Source: Dicyema japonicum (taxonomy: Eukaryota > Animalia > Dicyemida). Taken from it: a stretch of 64,000 nt of DNA. This document shows positions 37,600 to 49,499 of this stretch, one piece after another. The translations under genes were made by a program, and so were the position numbers. The notes under the pieces were generated by a model. That model saw only the letters and a list, made by a program, of their open reading frames with translations, was not told the origin of the DNA and searched no databases. The DNA lies in assembly GCA_011109175.1 (NCBI GenBank), contig RDEW01000006.1, forward strand, positions 1,047,184-1,111,183, read 5' to 3'. Numbering within the stretch: position 1 is the first letter of the stretch; each line of letters starts with the position of its first letter.

Positions 37600-38400
37600 T
37601 TATTGTCCTATGTCATAGCGTTCGGACTTTATGTGACTCGCCTACGTGATGGCTTCGCTCACTTGAAATGGTGAAAAAGAATCGCAAAGTCCCTATCCCG
37701 CAACCATGGTTCGCGGATGGTGTCTAATCCTACTCCTTTCCTGTGGAGATGTCGAGGAAAATCCTGGACCATATCTAGTCATATTACAAATTAACATCAA
37801 TGGTATCCTAACAAAATTGATTTTTAAAAAGAACTCTCCCTATTACACAGTGATTGGGAATCCAAGTCTTCGTTCATAATTTCTAAAAACTTATGAAAAT
37901 GTTTAGTTCTAAACCATTTGACAAACTTTTTAAAACGTAACGAGAAACCGATCGGACGGAATTACAATCTTTCTTTTCGAAGAGGTTCACGTTCAGGACT
38001 GTCGGGTTGAGACAACTGGAGAATAAGCGGAGATTTCTAAACTCAAAAGCTATGTCATAAATGAGACCCCTTGGCTTCTTTCCGTTGCCATCTTGGAAGG
38101 GAGCGTTACGTCATTCATGTCGGAAGGGACCATTCGACTAATTATTTAAAACTTAAAAATTAGTTTGGTCACTACATGGATTTAAGTTCGTATCTCTACA
38201 GAATCGGACAATCGTCCTCTCCACTTTGCCCATCATTCATTCTCCAGAAGACTATCTCTTGTCCGGGTCCACCTCCTAGTTTTGCACAGAACCAAATACA
38301 CCTATTTCTGAGACGTTCACTCTTGGGTGTGACGTTCTTGTTAGCCATCGGTTTCTTTCACTCAAAGAGACATGGAGTAAATAAATAAAAAATAGCTGAA
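37600..38400 (+). mobile_element. Internally deleted 2A-APE LINE (5' end fused to 3' end)
   Basis: ORF 37706-37879 gives the 2A plus LVILQININGILTKL. APE remnants follow, then the C-terminal LSSYLYRIGQSSSPLCP and an A-rich tail. Confidence 0.75.
37706..37771 (+). other. Intact 2A peptide MVRGWCLILLLSCGDVEENPG|P
   Basis: tgt gga gat gtc gag gaa aat cct gga cca. The ORF is 57 aa, so it is absent from the supplied ORF track. Confidence 0.9.
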
Positions 38401-38584
38401 AAATTAAAAATAACAAAATACTTATGAAAAAGGTAAATTTTAATAGTATTGATAAAATTGTCTTTTTCACACAGCATGAACTGGCTGGAATATGAGAAAA
38501 ACAAGAAAAAACAGACAAATGAATCAAAAAATTTGGATAATAATTCAATTATTTTATATTGTCATAGAAACGACTGATCTTTAA

Positions 38585-40583
38585 ATGGTAAAGAGTTTAT
38601 TTATCACTTATTTTGAGTAGTTTTCCAAATTTAAATTTTCTTCAAATAAATCAAAACAAGTCCAGTCCTCACATATTCCCCAACTTGAGGACTATATCAC
38701 CCAAAGAGACTACACAGGGGCTATTACCATTCTAGAAGTCATTTTTGTTATTAATAAGCAGAATCGAGAACACTATATGACAGATCCCTATATCCAGTCA
38801 TGGATAGGATACTGTTTATTTCATGGTGGTGACTTTGAGGGTGCTGCCAAAGTGGGGACTTTATTCTTACATGTCTAGGTGTATGGAAAATTATGTGAAA
38901 ACAATCCAAAGTATAAGAATGGGTGGATCAACCTGGCCTGTTGTTATTACCACCTCCAAATGTATGACGAATGTGCTGATGCTGTCAAAAAATGTTAGTT
39001 TTCTAGGTTATTTTAGCTGAGAAAAGTGAATTGAAACAACGAATTCAGTTCCATTTGACGATCAGAAATGGATTGGGCGTATCAAAGGACTTGGTTTCCA
39101 AATTGGGGACTGATACGACCAGTCAAATGTCCATGGCAGCCGTTTATTTCGCAGAAGGACGTTTTCAGGAAGCAATCGACATCTACAAGAGAATTCTAGA
39201 GCAGAAACCGTAAACTTATCTATTAATTTTAAGAGAATTAATTGCCCTGAATGCTTACATAGCCCTATGTTATTACAAAATGGATTACCAGGATGTCTCT
39301 CAGGTAGGTTTTATTACATATTTGAGGAACGTCTCGTCCTTTATTTGCAACAATACCCTAAAAGCTTTCTAGCACTGAATTTGAGAGCTGCTAACCGATA
39401 CAAAATGTACGGAGTCCTTGATCCCTCAGAAATAGAGCTTATAAGCTTACAGGAGTTGATATCTGACTATAAAACACACAGTCAAGATCTTATTAAGCAT
39501 AACATTGTTTGTGTAGACTTTATATGTTCAGGTTGTCTTCAATAATGGGGAAAATGCTGTGAAAGTCCTTCCCGGAATGATCGATTCAGTCAATGAGGCC
39601 AAACTCAATTTAGCAATCCATTATCTTAAAAATGGTTTGGTTACATGATTTATTCAGATAACATATCCCCCGCAGCCAAACTGACTGAATACATTCGGGG
39701 TACTAGTGCCACAGAATTGGTTCTTAAGGCAGTTGTTGGGGCATATATTGGACAGGATAACAATTCAGTATTAATTATTTATATCTGAGAATGAACAACT
39801 TAAAATTGCCCATGATAATTTTCTTTCGGTTGGAGATTCCGTCACGGATTGCGGTAGTTTAATAGTAAACAGAGATTAGATACAATACTTGGACGACAGT
39901 GCATGGCTTCAGCCAATTTTCTAAAGAAACAGTTTTCTGATACGATATTATACCTCAACTCAATCAAGGTATGAGGTTATTGGCTATTTAGACATATTTT
40001 GCCAATGACGACATCTTCAATTTTAACATGGGACAAGCAAAGGGGATGACAGAGGCATTCAGAGAAGCTGAGGAGGTTTTCCTCAAATTCATTTCAGGCT
40101 TTTAAGAAAATTCAAGATAAGAAGCTAAAATCAAGTTATATCTACAAACTATGGCTGGCCTACATATGTTGTCATATATGTTCTATTAAGACATACACAA
40201 CGGGAGTGCTAGTCTTGCTTGGGATATTTACCTAAAAACGGAGGCAATCGATCAGTCAATAACAGTACTTCAGTTAATAGCAAACGAATGTCTTAGAGTA
40301 ATGAATATATATGACCATTCTAGTTGGGAATTTATTACTACTCAGCCAAAGCTTTCCATTTACTAGAACGAATGAACTCCAATGAGGAATATTGGGAGGG
40401 AAAACGGAGTGCCTGCTTGGGTTTATTTCACATGGTCGTCACCAAAAATCAACCAATGTGAGTCTCTAGTTCTGTAATACTAGTGAACTACTAAGGGATC
40501 TAGAAGAGATTTTGCACGAAAGTCTTGATCCTCAGGCAGAGTACATTTGTCGAGTTATTACAAAATGGAGACAGGAAAATTAA
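38585..40583 (+). CDS. TTC26: Intraflagellar transport protein 56
   Basis: [74 protein letters not shown] and [12 protein letters not shown]. Many 21-33 nt introns. The start (ATG followed by an intron) is inferred. Confidence 0.92.
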
Positions 40584-40630
40584 TTAATTAAATTAATATA
40601 AATAAATAATTTAAAATACACACGTGTTTT

Positions 40631-41782
40631 ATGAATCAACAAGTGTTACGTCAACTAGAATATTATTTTGGTGACAGAAATCTCTATAGAGATAAGTTTC
40701 TCAGCCAACAGATTGATAGCAACGTCGATGGCTGTATGGAGTTGTCATAAACACAAGGGGTACCAATTTCTGTCCTACTTACCTTCAATCGACTTAAGGC
40801 CATTACTGAAGACCCTGCTGTAATATGTGAAGCTATTAAAGGATCCACTTTGATTGAGGTATTACTTGTTTGTTATTGCAGGCTGATGAGTCTGCAGTCA
40901 ACATTCGGAGACTCCCAAGCAGGCCCTTACCTACACTAAGCAAGGAAAGTGTGCTTGAAGAGAGGGCAAGAACTATACACATAGTTGACCGTCTTGTTTA
41001 TTTATAGTCTGGATTCCCTATTGACACTACAATGGACTCTTTATTGAAGTTCTCAGAGTCGTTGGGAACCGTCCTGGATGTTAGGATGTCGAGGACCAAG
41101 AAGAAGTTCAGTGGATGTGTGTTCTGTGTACTAAAGGAGGTCGAAGACGCGGTGAATTTGGCCCAACGAAGTGATCTGTCATATGGTGACGTTCCTCTTA
41201 CGTGTTGCATGCTGAGTGAGCATTATAACATCCAAGAAAAAACTAAAAAGTTAATTCCTTTAAATTATAGAAGGGATCTTGAGATAAAATCCAAAGAAGC
41301 TCAATTAGAGGAATCAAAGATTGGATCTGTTCTGTTGCGTGCAGAGAACTTGCCAGCTGAGGCAGGAATCAAGGAAATCAGAGCTTTCTTCAACTTTCAC
41401 GTACCAACAGTGTTTGTAGATCGACTCGAGTCCACAACCGTTAACCCACTTGTCATAATCCGCAGGGAATTGTTAGAATTACAAGCGATCAGTCCCCGGA
41501 GTCCGTTCGAGAGCAGATTATGTGTGCTGTGGACAACAACCTGGTCATGGATGACTGCTCTATTTCGTTGAGCACTCCAAGCGGTATGTGAGTGAATTAT
41601 TTGAAGATGAGGAGATAGAGAACTTTTGGAACAAGTATATGAGTGTGATTGGGGGGACCAACGGAAAACAAAAGACAAAGAAAGGCAAAAAACAAATAAA
41701 CCCAAATAAACGTAAAATATTTACGGATGATGACTTACCTGATTCAAAAGTACAGAAAATAGAAGAAAATGAAGTTAATTAA
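40631..41782 (+). CDS. SSB: La autoantigen (La motif plus RRMs)
   Basis: RQLEYYFGDRNLYRDKFL..WVPISVLLTFNRL, an RRM and a basic C-terminal tail. Five introns of 23-26 nt. Confidence 0.88.
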
Positions 41783-41813
41783 TTATTCATTATTTAATTG
41801 AATTTTCATTTTA

Positions 41814-42990
41814 ATGCGAATTTCGCAAGTGCTATGTATTTTCGACCTTAATCTCGTATTGTGGAGTCGCAAGCTGCTATGTATTTTCGACCTTAATCTC
41901 GTATTTCCTCAACTCGTGGATCCTTTTCCTTAAAGGTTAGTAATTTGTTGATATCCTACAGGACTGACTGACTCCATCGTCGGTTTCTGTCAATCCGTGG
42001 AGAAGTTGTTCACATTTGAGGGGGATGTCTGCGTCTCTGGGTTATGTGAGTTTTAATTCCTAGAACCACCACTCTCCGTTGCACGTGCCTCAAGCTAATA
42101 GTCCTCAACTGTTTATTGTTTATAGTAATGATGGTTTAATTGCAGCCAATAATGTTTGTTGTACACACTATCATTGAATTCCTTGTTCGCAGTGTAATCT
42201 CCATTTTGTTGCAGTCCTGGCTGTTTATATTCGACCTACAGGAGATCTTGATTTACAAATCCCTCATAGAAAAGACTGTCCTCTTTATTTTTGAAGGGAT
42301 TGTATTCTCAGTCCTATATGTGGTCACCACATTTATTACATGCCATTGGATTAATGTTGGATGTTGTTTTAATTGTAGAAAGTCAATTTTGTCTCACAGT
42401 CCCCCATAAAGAGATCTCTTCCTTCGACGAGTGTTATGAGCACATTTAGTGACAATATTGTCTGCTTTGTGGCTCAAACTGTGTTTATAATACAGGTGGG
42501 TGTAACATTGTATTATAGATCCAAATTCTTGCATTGGTCCCTCACTTTGTGTTCCGTACAATATCAGTCCTTAAATTGGCAATCCTCTACTCCTTTTACG
42601 CATTCGACTACCGCTGGGTCGACATTGGTGAGTTTAATACTAACCTCAGGATTGTCAATAAACAGACGGGTCTTCATCCTTGAGACTCAGTGGCAGTACT
42701 TTGCGGGGTTTGGACTCCCACTGGCCTTTACGCAATATTTACAGACTTATTTTCTAAGGTACCCAATCATCACATTCTTAGAATGGGATTTTTCTACTCT
42801 TTTTTTCATTTTTTTGTGATGAGTGCTAATCTATCCAAGTTTATTCCCAGTCTAAACTCAGAAAGGTTCGGTTTTGGTCATTTCTAGTTCAAGAGTGAGA
42901 CTCCCCATAATGTGGCCCGCTTTCAGGATATCAAATTATATTGTACAAGTCCTAGTGAGCACCTGCAACAAAAGACTCAGTCGAAAATAA
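41814..42990 (+). CDS. EI24: Etoposide-induced protein 2.4 homologue
   Basis: KGLTDSIVG, LYSFYAFDYRW, ETQWQYFAGFGLPLAF and FFVMSAN. The start codon is inferred. Confidence 0.8.
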
Positions 42991-43719
42991 ATGATTTTAT
43001 TTTTTTAATTTTGTATTTTACCAATATTATTTAATCAACACAAAATAGTTATAAATTTGATTTTTCATTAATTTTTTGAGTGGACGTCGGTGTAGAGTAC
43101 ATCGTGGAAACCGATGTTCTGTGTCGGGACTATTACCGAATGGGGCTACACAGGCATCTCCTATCATATTCAATCTTATGGATGAGTGATCTACCATAGT
43201 GAAAACCAAATCCTGATTTTCTATGCAGATGCCATTGTGGACCCATCTTTATCACCCTCGATGGAAATAAAATCCGAAAAAGACCCAGAAAATCTTAGTG
43301 TATTTAACACATGTCGAGAATGTGCTAGCAACTTGCGTAAGAAGCTTAACATTTCCAAGGCTCTTTTGTGGACCTTTAAAGGTCTCAATGGACTAGATGT
43401 TCTCTACAGACAATGGGAACAAATCTTGCTGTTACAAACTTAAAAAATTATGATGTTTAATTCTTTATCAAAGAATATCGAACCCATAACCTTTGAAGAA
43501 ATAGTCAATGCGTCTAGATTGTGGTAAAAACCTGTCAAATGGGACCCCCGTCTTATAAGAAAATGTGTCTTAACGCATTCTGAACACCGGGAAAAAGTGG
43601 GAATATTGTTGAAGGAGGCCGGGTTCATCCATATAATTTTTGGTAACTGAATAAAACATTTTTAATTAGATGGTTTAACTCCTTTCTTTGTTTTTGTGGT
43701 TAAATAAGTCTCTTATTCG

Positions 43720-43790
43720 AGCGACCGACCGCATCACATTTAATAGGAGCTGGTCTCTTACATGTTAGTGAGGCATGGGTTACTTAAATA
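43720..43790 (+). mobile_element. Short LINE 3' terminus
   Basis: TTAATAGGAGCTGGTCTCTTACATGTTAGTGAGGCATGGGTTACTTAA matches 17166-17213. Confidence 0.65.
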
Positions 43791-44765
43791 AGTTTCTCAT
43801 TTATTTATCCCTGATCCTTCAAGTGAAGGAAGCCGAAAGAACCAAAAACTTACGATCCCAGAGATCAATCAGATGTACAAAGTTCGTCAAGGAATTGAAG
43901 TCCCTCGGTCAGTCTCTCATGAGAGGGCAATAGTCTCCGAAATCACTATAGATGTATAAGTTTTAATACCTAATCCCTACTGTCTCGAGTATTCCTTGTA
44001 TGAGTTACATAATGTTAGACTGATTATTGCTCTAACGATTACAGCAATATTGTTTGAGGAAATATTACTTATTGAGAGGAAAATCAACCCATTTAGTTTT
44101 GAGGACAAAAGGCATGAGAAAAGTCGATAGAACGTGTGATGAGATGAAGATTATCTGAGAATGAAAATTGATGGATTTCATACATCAAGGTCATTCGTAA
44201 GCTATATTACCACAAAACCACTAAAATGTCTTTAAAATGTCGAAAAAATAAATTCCACTGCTCATCCAATGAATTAGTCATCTATTCCCGAGTAAATTGT
44301 GTGTGAAAGTGAGTAGATATGCCTAAGCATCATAACCAATGATTTACTTGTAAAAATCTATTCGACCATATTTACTGTTTCTAAAGACCCGAAAGAGATC
44401 ACTTGATATGCCAATGGATGATAAATGGAAAAGTTAATTTGGTTTCTTATCCACGTGAAATAAACAAATAATTATCATAAAATGTCCAATTTGACGTGAA
44501 ATGACATAAAATTATGATAACAAATACAGTTTTACAAGTAATTTTATAAATTGGAAATATGTGAGGCCATTTAATGGCAAGTCTGCTGCCCCCAAGTATA
44601 AATAAAAGGCATAGAAAATAAGTCATTGAATTTGAATAATTCCCGACCTTTGAACAGATGAGGTCTGTTCGTCATAACATTTAGTTTGTTTACTACATAA
44701 TGAGGCTAATCAGAGAATAAAGTCACAAATAATATTAAAGCTAAAATATAGAAAATTAGTCCATC

Positions 44766-45539
44766 TCACTTTTGGTGGGCCTTAATGTGCATTGTTAGGT
44801 AGTGGGGTTTGTCACTCCCAAAAGCATTGCTCGCATTGGTAGAAAGGTGTCTGTTGAGCCATCGCCTTGGCCTTCTGCTCATTCACAGTCCTTTCAATTT
44901 CCAGTTTTAGTTTTGCATTTAACTGATCTGAGGAATACCCATTCTTCTGAGGAGTCGGACAGTATCCAAACTCGTGGCCATAGTTCTTGCAGTGTTTGAG
45001 CATGTCACACTTCCAACTGGAGTCATATTCACAAGAAGCACACGTGAATATTCTCATAGAGTCACCAATATTGTCTCCATTACAGTACTGACTTGACCTT
45101 CTTTTTGATTTTTTTTGAAAATTAGACTTGGTGGTGGAATACTTGGAATGATTAATAATTGGGAGATTATTCCTACGTTGCGACAACTGCAAGGGGTTGA
45201 AGACGCAAGGCTGATGATAAAAAGGATTCACCAAAAACGGTCTCTGAATGTTAAAAAATGGTCGATAACAGTGAAGAGCTTGTTGATATAAAGCAGAAGC
45301 CATACAATTGTTGAAATAATTTTCATGTAAAATGGAAAATTCTTTACTTGGAGTATTGGCATGCTCGGATATGTTCTCCTTTCCGGTGAAACAGTCATTT
45401 TTACAGGAATCGGTATATCGTTGAGGAGATTTTCCACGGAATAGATGCCATTCTTAAACGAGTCCTTGTTTTGATTGAGTGACTTGTGTGAATCAGCTTC
45501 AGTTTGGTCAACATTGACGGAGAACTGGTCGGACGACAT
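44766..45539 (-). CDS. C2H2 zinc-finger transcription factor with eh1-like motif; family unassigned
   Basis: YSVENLL near the N-terminus; a 26-nt intron joins the two ORFs. Fingers CASC..HCKNYGH and CEQC..HIKAH; the second needs a frameshift near 44815. Confidence 0.65.
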
Positions 45540-46471
45540 GTTTGTTTAGCGCCACTAAGTAGTAATTTATATAAAACGGAATTAGAAAAACGCTTTGATG
45601 TGAAATTCGTAGCGTGAATATAAGCATATTTAAACACAACAGCACTTGGGCGTCAGGTTACTTTATAAAATCTAGCAAAAGGACCTGTCAACCCTCACTT
45701 GGTAACTCAATGTGGTTGATCTGGCAGAAATGCAGAATAATCGAATAAGCATGTATTGTATGTATAAACCACGAATATAATGTCACAAAGGTCACTAATT
45801 ATCATTAAGGCATAAATTAGAAAGGTCATCCGTAATACCCTTAGTTTATTCCCATTTTCTCGCTGCCTTTAGATTATCAGTATATTGAGACGTGATTCTT
45901 ATCAATTTCCTTTATATAATTTTTTATCTCCAATAAAATTCGCAAGTTAAGTGTCACTGATATGACAATCTTTGACAGATTGTCATTAACTTACCAAACC
46001 ATGTGGGCCTTTTAGTCTTTTTAAATATTTTGTGGTAACCACCCTTACAATCAGCCAACAGATTAGAGTATTAACCACACATTGCTGAGAATACTGAAAT
46101 ATAGAGTTGGGGGATAATTTTGTTAGTCCTGTAATAACGCCATTCTAAGAATTGTCTGCATTCATTTGTCTTTTGACCTTGCTTTGCCAATTAACTCAAA
46201 ATATCCATGATTAGTCAAATTAAATGACATTAAAGATTAGGAATTTATGAGTCACGTGTTTAATATGAAAATACTCAAGTTTAATCCAAATAATTGGATA
46301 AGATTTTATTATTCATTCGAGTCATAGTTATTTCAACAATTCAAATTGGGTCATCAGACTCATCACAATATCTCATTTTACCTCTAACAGAAAAATTGCA
46401 GTCATTTATTAAAAAACGATACCCTAGTTAAGATTATCCCCCATATATGTGTATTGAATTCTAGCAAATTT

Positions 46472-46547
46472 TGGAGCAGCAAGGAATCGAATCCGGAGAC
46501 TTTTTTAGTTTAGAAGCTTGTATCCTTGTGAGCTTATCATTTCGTCC
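46472..46547 (-). pseudogene. Degenerate tRNA-like sequence (pseudogene or SINE head)
   Basis: 76 nt with AGCTCA..GGATA (D-like), CTTCTAA, GGATTCGATTCC (T-like) and a CCA end. The acceptor and anticodon stems do not close. Confidence 0.35.
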
Positions 46548-47129
46548 AAAAATCATTATTTTTAAATGTTCTGTTTGACAAGGACCACACTTACATCAAC
46601 ACATTGACATTCTCAAATTTCCACTATTTTATTAATAGAAAGACGCGGTCATTAAGTGATTCCGGCCCCTCTACATTCCACCCATTCTATATATATTCGT
46701 GTGTGATAAATCACATCCCCGTTTCCCTGAAAATAACCTCAAAAGGAATTTTATCCCCCACTGAGTCGGAAATTCTACATAATCAAACTAATATATGCCA
46801 CGTAACGCCAACTTTAGTGTGGTGCTATGTGGCTACTTGAATTGAAGATTATTTGTTTGCTTCCTCTGTTCCACTTCTCTTTTGGCTCCAAGGAGCTTGT
46901 TAGCGTGCGTGTGGTTCACCATCTCTTGTGGCCCCAGATATAATCCTAAATTAAATCCAAAAAGGACCATGGTCAACAACCATCCAGAGAAGTTTCCCCT
47001 GGACGGCACTTCCTTCAATTCCGAGAATGCGAAGACTGCTGAGGGAGGCCGGGATCACCTGACTTTTTTAGTTCTGGCTATGACGGTGTTTTTCTGGTTA
47101 AATAAATTTAAATTTAATATAAATTGTTT

Positions 47130-47770
47130 TTAAACAAAATGAAGGGTAATTATTTTAATCAAGGGCGCTGGAATGGTCAGTCTATTTCCTCTGATAATAG
47201 CTATTGAGGTACGCTCTCGAAGCCATCCAATCTCACATAGATTTTTGGTGACCCTTTGTATTATTAACCCGATCTGATAGAGTACTTCGTCCCCTTGTGG
47301 GCCAAGGATTCCTGACGTCTCAACTGATGATCCTCCGAATGCTTCGTTATTTCCTATTCTTCTGATCCTCCGCTTGCTTATAGGCATAACCTGGGTCTGA
47401 CGCTGAAGCATAAAAATTTTTGAGAGACTACGTGTTAACACACGTAGCGTCCTTAACCAGGTTTCGACTATTAGCGAATGGGAAGATGGTCATCTCGTTG
47501 GACGATGTCATAGCTCTGGGGAAAACCACTGGTCAGTGATGGCCAACTTGCATGACATGCGATGATAACAATAGAGATCGAACCAACCCAACGTCCACAT
47601 TGATATTTTTATTTGGCATACACTTAAGGTAAAGAAAGAGCGAGGCGGACACTGCCTCATCATCTAGCAGGTTGCCCATTTCAGCACGTGGGCAAGCATT
47701 AAATCAAAAACCCGTTGAATAACAGCTAGCCGTTTTGAGGCAGGCAAGTCTTCTTGCATTCTCGGTGTTC
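47130..47770 (-). mobile_element. CRE-like 3' fragment (diverged)
   Basis: GNLLDDE.., EMTIFPFANSRNLVKDATCVNT and SVETSGILGP..WLRERTSIAIIRGN. Confidence 0.75.
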
Positions 47771-48989
47771 GCAAAAATTCCTTTTTATCAAAAATACATC
47801 TTAAATGCTATTTCTGATTAATTTGAAGGTTAAATAGTAAATGTGATCAGACTTAAGGTCCCTCATACTTTTTATGCGCTTAAGGAGTGGCCAAGACGTT
47901 TTCTATGCGTCAATGTGCCTGAGAGTTAGCGGATGTAAATAATTTTTCTCAATATTGGTTTACTTTTTCACCAACACGTGTTAACTAAAGGGATACCAAA
48001 TTTCTTAAAAAACAATTTCAAGTTGATGAATTGGAGATAAATTAATTGAGAAATTTATAATTCATGTCTTATCTTACATAAATCCACGTCTCTAAAGTTT
48101 ATAATTATATATTCAGATTCGTGTGGGAATCGCAACTATTGCGGTCTCAAATCAAAATCTTTCCAGTCAAATCAGGATACTTTAATAGTCATACATTTAG
48201 TATGAAGGAGACCAAGACGAAAAGTAGAGATCAGCTATTTAACATTTTCAAAGTAATTCATGTCACCGATTCTACCATCTTAGTTTGAGTAAGTCAGCCT
48301 CATATGAGAACATTCAATGATATCCCCATAATTATTTCAAACCAATAATTTAATGATGTTCTATGTGATTTAGTGGACGGGGATCAATTGATTGATTAAA
48401 TATATTATAAATATTATTTACAGCAATAATAACCTGGTCGGACAGTCTAAATAAAATTTCATATAATTCTAATCAAATATATAATTTCCTACTGTCACAT
48501 AAGCAGATGTACCTCACAATATCATTATTCCATCCACAATCAAAGGAAAACACATTCAGTCTTAGTGGTTCTGGGAAACCATCAAGTACAGCAAGCAAAT
48601 TATCATTTCCGTGCTATTCTGGCAATGGAGGTTATCTATGGCTGGGGGATCAGAATTAACAAGCCTAGTATAATCAATCAAGTAACCAGTGGGGGTAATC
48701 ACTAACCTAGACCATCACAAAGTCAATTTATAACAATTAAAGACTAATTAACTGTATTTGGCAAGAACTACAGCATTCAAAGAAAATTGCGTTAAAACCA
48801 AAAATAATGTTTCCCCCTAAAGCTAACTGTTACATCAACAGTCAATCAAGACGGACAAAAACACAAAACAATACATGCAGACATGCAAAATTTGAATATT
48901 AAATAAGTAAATATTTATTTGAGAAAAAACATTCTAAATTAATCTAAATTTTATGAAGATACTCAATATATAGAATTTTTCTCAAAAAT

Positions 48990-49440
48990 AGGAAATTCAC
49001 CTGAATTTGTTGTCATAAAATGAGGAAGCTGGCTAAAAGCAGCCAAATATTACTCCCAGAATCTTCCAGAAATTATTAAAATTGTCTCTGAATTTGAAGG
49101 AGATGGAGTTTTTTTAATTGAAATGATTTCAAATACCTAACTAATCGATTATTCAATTGAAAAATCTTATGCAGATCTGATAAGCATAGAATTTTCAATA
49201 TAAAAAATTATACACTCGACCCTCACAAATTGGCCACATTTTGAAAATTTTTTCTTAGAAAAATCCTATTCTCCTTATCAATTCGAGTGTATATCAAAAA
49301 AGCTTCAGAAATCTGGGATACTAAGTATTCTTGATTTCCCAAATAAAAATATTCGCCAGAAATTTATTCATACCTTTAAAATTGTTGCGGAAGCTCATCC
49401 TCAGTCGAAAGGGCGATATCTCTTGACGAAAATTCTTGCT
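48990..49440 (+). mobile_element. hAT-like transposase remnant
   Basis: VIK(W>*)GSWLKAAKYYSQNLPEI resembles the RWG(T/S)WLxAAxYY motif of invertebrate hAT-like transposases. Confidence 0.5.
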
Positions 49441-49499
49441 AAAATCGAAACTTTAAATATTTAATTTCGTATTACAATAAATGATTTAGATTGCTTTTC

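Noticed and set aside
43030-43640. PACRG or dynein light chain DNAL4 identity
   Set aside because: Only scattered residues matched, and no consistent spliced frame could be built.
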